Below, piece after piece: positions 59,962 through 64,000 of a stretch of DNA of 64,000 bases (positions are counted from its first letter, which is position 1; each line of letters starts with the position of its first letter). The notes below the pieces were generated by a model, which was not told the DNA's origin, searched no databases, and saw only the letters and a list, made by a program, of their open reading frames with translations. The translations under genes were made by a program, and so were the position numbers. This stretch comes from an uncultured Planctomycetota bacterium (GTDB lineage: Bacteria; Planctomycetota; Planctomycetia; Pirellulales; Lacipirellulaceae): the NCBI GenBank assembly GCA_963719315.1, contig CAVRBU010000002.1, positions 800,001 to 864,000 of the forward strand. Direction: 5' to 3'.

Positions 59962-60354
59962 TCATTTTGCAGGTTCCAGTCCACACTCTGGCACGACGCT
60001 CACGTTTTTGCCTGTTGCCGAGTTGGGAATCAGGCACAGAAAGCGCATCGGCTCTTTGCCCGTATTGCGAAACTGATGTACGTCGTTTGGGGCGACGAAC
60101 ACCACATCGCCGGCCGAGAGGGGCCGTTCCTGGCCGCCATCGACGATCGTACCCTTACCGGCCAGTACGTACACCTCGTGCTCGTAGTCGTGGAAGTGAT
60201 GGGGCGTGTGGCCGCCGGGTGCGACCTCGAATTCCCGCATCGCGAAAGCGGGCGCCTGGTCGCCTTCGCCGATGAGCCACCGCACGCGGCAGCCGGAGGC
60301 GCCCTCCATGGTCACTTCGCTGGCGGGGACTTCGGTAAGTTTCTTAATCTGCAT
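59962..60354 (-). CDS. Cupin domain protein
   Basis: PGGHTPHHFHDYEHEVYVLAG and GDVVFVAPNDVHQFRN. Confidence 0.92.
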   Translation of the reverse strand: MQIKKLTEVPASEVTMEGASGCRVRWLIGEGDQAPAFAMREFEVAPGGHTPHHFHDYEHEVYVLAGKGTIVDGGQERPLSAGDVVFVAPNDVHQFRNTGKEPMRFLCLIPNSATGKNVSVVPECGLEPAK

Positions 60355-60387
60355 GAGTTTGGCCCTTGCGCTGTAAACGGATTTCTT

Positions 60388-60483
60388 AACCGCTAATGAA
60401 CGCTAATAGAGTGCTAATGGTTGAGCAGCAGTACATGATTGGCGGCTTATTGATTCGCGTTGTATTAGCGTACTATAGCGGTT
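60388..60483. repeat. Degenerate inverted-repeat element of GCTAAT subrepeats
   Basis: AACCGCTAATGAACGCTAATAGAGTGCTAAT...ATTAGCGTACTATAGCGGTT; related to the element at 27162. Confidence 0.7.
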
Positions 60484-60785
60484 TTCTGATTCGGATTGTT
60501 ACGGATGGTCGCCCGCTGCTGCCAATAGCTGTCGGTGCCAATGGCGGCGAACGTGAAGGCGGCCAAGATCGCCAATTCGGTCAAGAGCGCCGCCTCGCCG
60601 TGGTGATTCATCCAAACCATCAGTGGATCGTCGGGCTTTGCGGCCACGCCTTGATCCGCGCCGGCGATGGGGCGAGCCTCACGGAATGCCATCACACCGT
60701 AACTAATCGCCGTTAGCGCAAACACGATTCCAGTAGCTATGAGCAGTCCATAAAACGGGTTGGCGAATTTCTGGGAGCGTTGCAC
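60465..60785 (-). CDS. Small two-TM hypothetical protein
   Basis: NPFYGLL...TM...ELAILAAFTFAAIGTDSYW. GTG start inferred. Confidence 0.65.
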   Translation of the reverse strand: MQRSQKFANPFYGLLIATGIVFALTAISYGVMAFREARPIAGADQGVAAKPDDPLMVWMNHHGEAALLTELAILAAFTFAAIGTDSYWQQRATIRNNPNQKTAIVR

Positions 60786-60907
60786 GGCAGCACCTGCGAA
60801 TATGACGCCCCGATTATACCAGCGCGTGGCCGGTCGACGGGAGTGCGGCCACGGCCTACGATGAAGGATTCGCCTCCACCCATTATTCCCGACTGGGAGC
60901 ACCCGGC

Positions 60908-63829
60908 GTGAGCCAACGAGCGATCGAGCTGCGCGGCGTGGCCGTGAACAACCTGCGGCAGGTCGATCTCGATCTTCCGCACCGGGAGTTGATCGTGTTT
61001 TGCGGCGTCTCGGGCAGCGGCAAGACGAGCATGGCGCTCGACACGCTGTACGCCGAAGGCCAGCGGCGGTACATCGAAAGTTTCTCGGCCTACACGCGGC
61101 AATTCCTGGAGCGGCTCGACAAGCCGCAGGCGGAACGCATCGACGGTATCCCGCCGGCGATCGCCGTGACGCACAAAAACCCCAGCCGCTCGAATCGCGC
61201 GACAGTGGGCACCAGCACGGAAGTGAACGAGTATCTGAGCCTGCTATTTGCCCGAGTGGGTGAAGTCATTTGTTACCAATGCGGGAAGACGGTCCGACGC
61301 GACTCGCCGGAAAGTGCCGCCCAAACGTTGGCCACTTTGCCGGCCGGCACTCGGCTGATGATCGGGTTTAGTACGACCGTGCCGGATGATGAACCGATCG
61401 ATCAATGGGTTGCTGACCTGGTCGGATTGGGCTACGTGCGAGCGGTCGCCGGCAACTGCACGGAGTCGATCGAGCCGGCGCTCGCCGAACGGCTTGCTGC
61501 TGGCGATACGCTCACAATCATTCTTGATCGCTTGACGGCCGTCGAGCAGCTCACCGAGCGATTGCGGGATTCGATCGAGAATGCGTTTGATGCTGGGCAC
61601 GGTGGATGCGCGGTATTGATAGACGATTCTGGTGGCGGGGCTAGGGAGCATTGCGCTAAGCCGCAAGCGGCGTTTACGATTGATGGGCGGTTGTGGCGGC
61701 GAGCGGTGTTTAGTGCGGCGCTGCGTTGTGAGGCCTGCGGCATCGACTATGTGGAACCGGAACCCCAACTCTTCAATTTCAATCGCCCGCTCGGAGCGTG
61801 CCCGGAGTGCGAAGGATTTGGCAACATCGTAACGACCGACATGGACCGGGTAGTGCCCGATCCGCAAAAGTCGCTGCGCGCGGGGGCCATCGCGCCGTGG
61901 AACTCGCCTTCCTACGCACACGAATTGGAAGAATTGATTGCTCTGGCCGAAGACTATGGATTGCCGCTGGAAGTGCCGTATGGGGAGCTTACTGAAGAGC
62001 AGCGGCGAATCGTTGTCGAAGGCGTACCCGAACGGAACTTCGGTGGGCTGAATGGTTTCTTCCGCTGGCTCGAACGGCGCAAATACAAAATGCACCTTCG
62101 CGTCTTTTTGAGCCGCTGGCGGTCGTATCGGCTGTGCCCCGCGTGCGGTGGCGCACGGTTGAGCCCCGCGGCGCTCGCCGTTCGCGTCGGCGGCCAAAGT
62201 TTTGCCGACGTAAGCCGGCTGAAAATCCGCGAGGCGCTTCAATGTTTCGACGAGTTGAAACTGCCCGAGTGGCAACAGCCGATCGCCCGGCCGCTCGTGG
62301 CCGACGTGCAGTCGCGACTATCGTATTTGGTGGAAGTCGGCGTCGGGTATCTGGCGGTCGATCGTCCGCTGCGGACATTGAGTGCGGGCGAAGCCCAGCG
62401 CGTGGCCCTCACCACGACGCTCGGCTCGAACCTGGTGGACATGCTGTATGTCCTCGACGAGCCTTCGGTCGGGCTGCATCCGGCGGATCTCGGCCCACTC
62501 GCCGCCGCTATCGAGCAGTTGCACGCGCGTGGCAACACAGTCGTGGCCGTCGAACATGAAGCGGAGATCATTCGCCGCGCGGGGCGGGTTGTCGAATTCG
62601 GCCCCGGCGCCGGCAGCGACGGTGGGTGCGTCACATTCGAAGGCACACCTAAAGAGCTTGCGTGCTCGAAAGTGAGCCGCACCGGAAAGTGGCTATCCGG
62701 GCGAAGCGGAGGAGCGAGCGGCGCGCCACGTCGCCCCACGTCGCACGGTTGGGTGAAGCTACGGGGCGCGCGGGGCAACAACTTGCAAAATGTCACGGTC
62801 GAATTTCCGCTCGGCGTGCTGTGCCTGGTGACCGGCGTTAGCGGCGCGGGAAAGAGCACGCTCGTTGACAAAACGCTATACCCCGCCCTTGCCCGCCGGC
62901 TGAACAAGGACACTGTTCCCGCCGATTTGCCGCAACCCTTGGAATGCGAAGACGTACTCGGCACTGGCCAGATTGAGGACGTTGTTCACATCGACCAGAG
63001 CCCGATCGGCCGCTCGCCGAGGTCGAATCCGGCCACGTACATCAAAGCGCTCGATCCGATTCGCGCGTTGTTCGCCGAGCAAATCGACTCCCGCACGCGC
63101 GGCTTCACGGCCAGCCACTTCAGCTTCAACGTCGCCGGCGGCCGCTGCGACACGTGCGAAGGCGATGGCTTTCTCGCGATCGACATGCAGTTCATGGCGA
63201 ACGTGTACATGAAGTGTCCCGAATGTGGCGGCAAGCGGTTTCGCCAACAGGTGCTCGACGTGAAATACCGTGGCCTCAATATTGCCGAAGTGCTCGACAT
63301 GACGGCCCGCGAGGCGTTCACGTTTTTTCGCGGACAACGAAAGGTGCAGGCCAAGTTGAAACACCTGCTCGATGTCGGCCTCGATTACCTGCGGCTGGGC
63401 CAGCCGGCCACAACACTTTCGGGCGGCGAAGCGCAGCGGCTGAAGCTGGCGTCCCATTTGGCCACCAAACGCCGGGGTCGCACGCTGTTCCTGCTGGATG
63501 AACCAACGACCGGCCTGCACTTCTCCGACATTGTACAATTATTGGACTGCTTCGATGCACTGCTGGAAGTTGGCCATTCGCTGGTGATCGTCGAACACAA
63601 CCTGCAACTTATGAAGGCGGCGGATTGGTTGATCGATTTGGGTCCCGGCGCGGCCGATGATGGGGGCCGGATCGTTGTCATGGGGACGCCCGAGGAAGTT
63701 GCCGAGTGCGTGGAATCCGCAACGGGCCGAATTCTGGCTGGCGAGTTTGCTCGGGATAAATTAGTGGATGAAAATGAAGCGATTCAAGTTCCTCACGCAA
63801 AGGCGCGAAGGCGCAAAGAAAAGAAATAA
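60908..63829 (+). CDS. uvrA: Excinuclease ABC subunit A
   Basis: GVSGSGKT, EGQRRYIES, Zn fingers, LDEPSVGLH, GVSGAGKS, LSGGEAQR and LDEPTTGLH. Confidence 0.95.
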   Translation: MSQRAIELRGVAVNNLRQVDLDLPHRELIVFCGVSGSGKTSMALDTLYAEGQRRYIESFSAYTRQFLERLDKPQAERIDGIPPAIAVTHKNPSRSNRATVGTSTEVNEYLSLLFARVGEVICYQCGKTVRRDSPESAAQTLATLPAGTRLMIGFSTTVPDDEPIDQWVADLVGLGYVRAVAGNCTESIEPALAERLAAGDTLTIILDRLTAVEQLTERLRDSIENAFDAGHGGCAVLIDDSGGGAREHCAKPQAAFTIDGRLWRRAVFSAALRCEACGIDYVEPEPQLFNFNRPLGACPECEGFGNIVTTDMDRVVPDPQKSLRAGAIAPWNSPSYAHELEELIALAEDYGLPLEVPYGELTEEQRRIVVEGVPERNFGGLNGFFRWLERRKYKMHLRVFLSRWRSYRLCPACGGARLSPAALAVRVGGQSFADVSRLKIREALQCFDELKLPEWQQPIARPLVADVQSRLSYLVEVGVGYLAVDRPLRTLSAGEAQRVALTTTLGSNLVDMLYVLDEPSVGLHPADLGPLAAAIEQLHARGNTVVAVEHEAEIIRRAGRVVEFGPGAGSDGGCVTFEGTPKELACSKVSRTGKWLSGRSGGASGAPRRPTSHGWVKLRGARGNNLQNVTVEFPLGVLCLVTGVSGAGKSTLVDKTLYPALARRLNKDTVPADLPQPLECEDVLGTGQIEDVVHIDQSPIGRSPRSNPATYIKALDPIRALFAEQIDSRTRGFTASHFSFNVAGGRCDTCEGDGFLAIDMQFMANVYMKCPECGGKRFRQQVLDVKYRGLNIAEVLDMTAREAFTFFRGQRKVQAKLKHLLDVGLDYLRLGQPATTLSGGEAQRLKLASHLATKRRGRTLFLLDEPTTGLHFSDIVQLLDCFDALLEVGHSLVIVEHNLQLMKAADWLIDLGPGAADDGGRIVVMGTPEEVAECVESATGRILAGEFARDKLVDENEAIQVPHAKARRRKEKK

Positions 63830-63859
63830 TCCCTTGGCGACTTTGCGCCATTGCGTGAG
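63792..63859. repeat. Inverted-repeat element of (GGCGCAAAG)-like subrepeats overlapping the uvrA 3' end
   Basis: CTCACGCAAAGGCGCGAAGGCGCAAAG...CTTGGCGACTTTGCGCCATTGCGTGAG. Confidence 0.85.
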
Positions 63860-63871
63860 ATCATAATAACG

Positions 63872-64000
63872 ATGGATAGAATTGAAATATTTGTGAGAGA
63901 CGTGACGGACATGGAAGCTCGCGTTTGCGCGCGTTATTCTGGTTCGGAGTCGGTCACGTTGCGCGGCGAGGTTCGTGGCCCGTTCTGCGAAAGCGCCCAC
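63872..64000 (+). CDS. Partial hypothetical protein (5' end)
   Basis: MDRIEIFVRDVTDMEARVCARY...LRGEVRGPFCESAH, open to the window end. Confidence 0.5.
   Translation, partial: MDRIEIFVRDVTDMEARVCARYSGSESVTLRGEVRGPFCESAH

Noticed and set aside
61654..61671. GCTAAGCCGCAAGCGGC mini-palindrome inside uvrA as another in-frame REP
   Set aside because: Plausible, but it has only a 5-bp stem and a single copy in the window, so it is not supportable here.

Overview
GC-rich bacterial DNA, most likely a Planctomycete (Pirellulales-like), judged from the DUF1559, DUF1549/1553, DUF1501, DUF1573, SHD1 and dockerin/PEP-CTERM genes. Housekeeping genes are hemG, tyrA-purL-purQ, holB, hppA, tRNA-Ser(GCT), ligA and uvrA. 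Between them is an accessory block (about 23.8-56 kb) with two DUF1559 loci: one with BlaI/BlaR1, and one with an ECF sigma/FecR pair, a lipoprotein, a beta-propeller enzyme, a permease and three divergent LamG-PEP-CTERM paralogues. The block also holds a peptide/D-amino-acid hydrolase cluster. Three observations stand out. (1) A ~2.4 kb AT-richer segment occupies the 3' half of ligA. It supplies a complete but divergent LigA C-terminus plus a passenger BRCT gene that is fused to a GC-rich, host-like LigA BRCT tail, with no integrase nearby. (2) Many distinct short palindromic or tandem repeat families are present, and several are translated in-frame inside HemG, PurL, PurQ, LigA and UvrA. (3) At least 8 genes carry apparent indels, including ligA and purQ; these are probably long-read errors and limit any pseudogene calls. 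All product calls come from motif recognition by eye, not from database searches.
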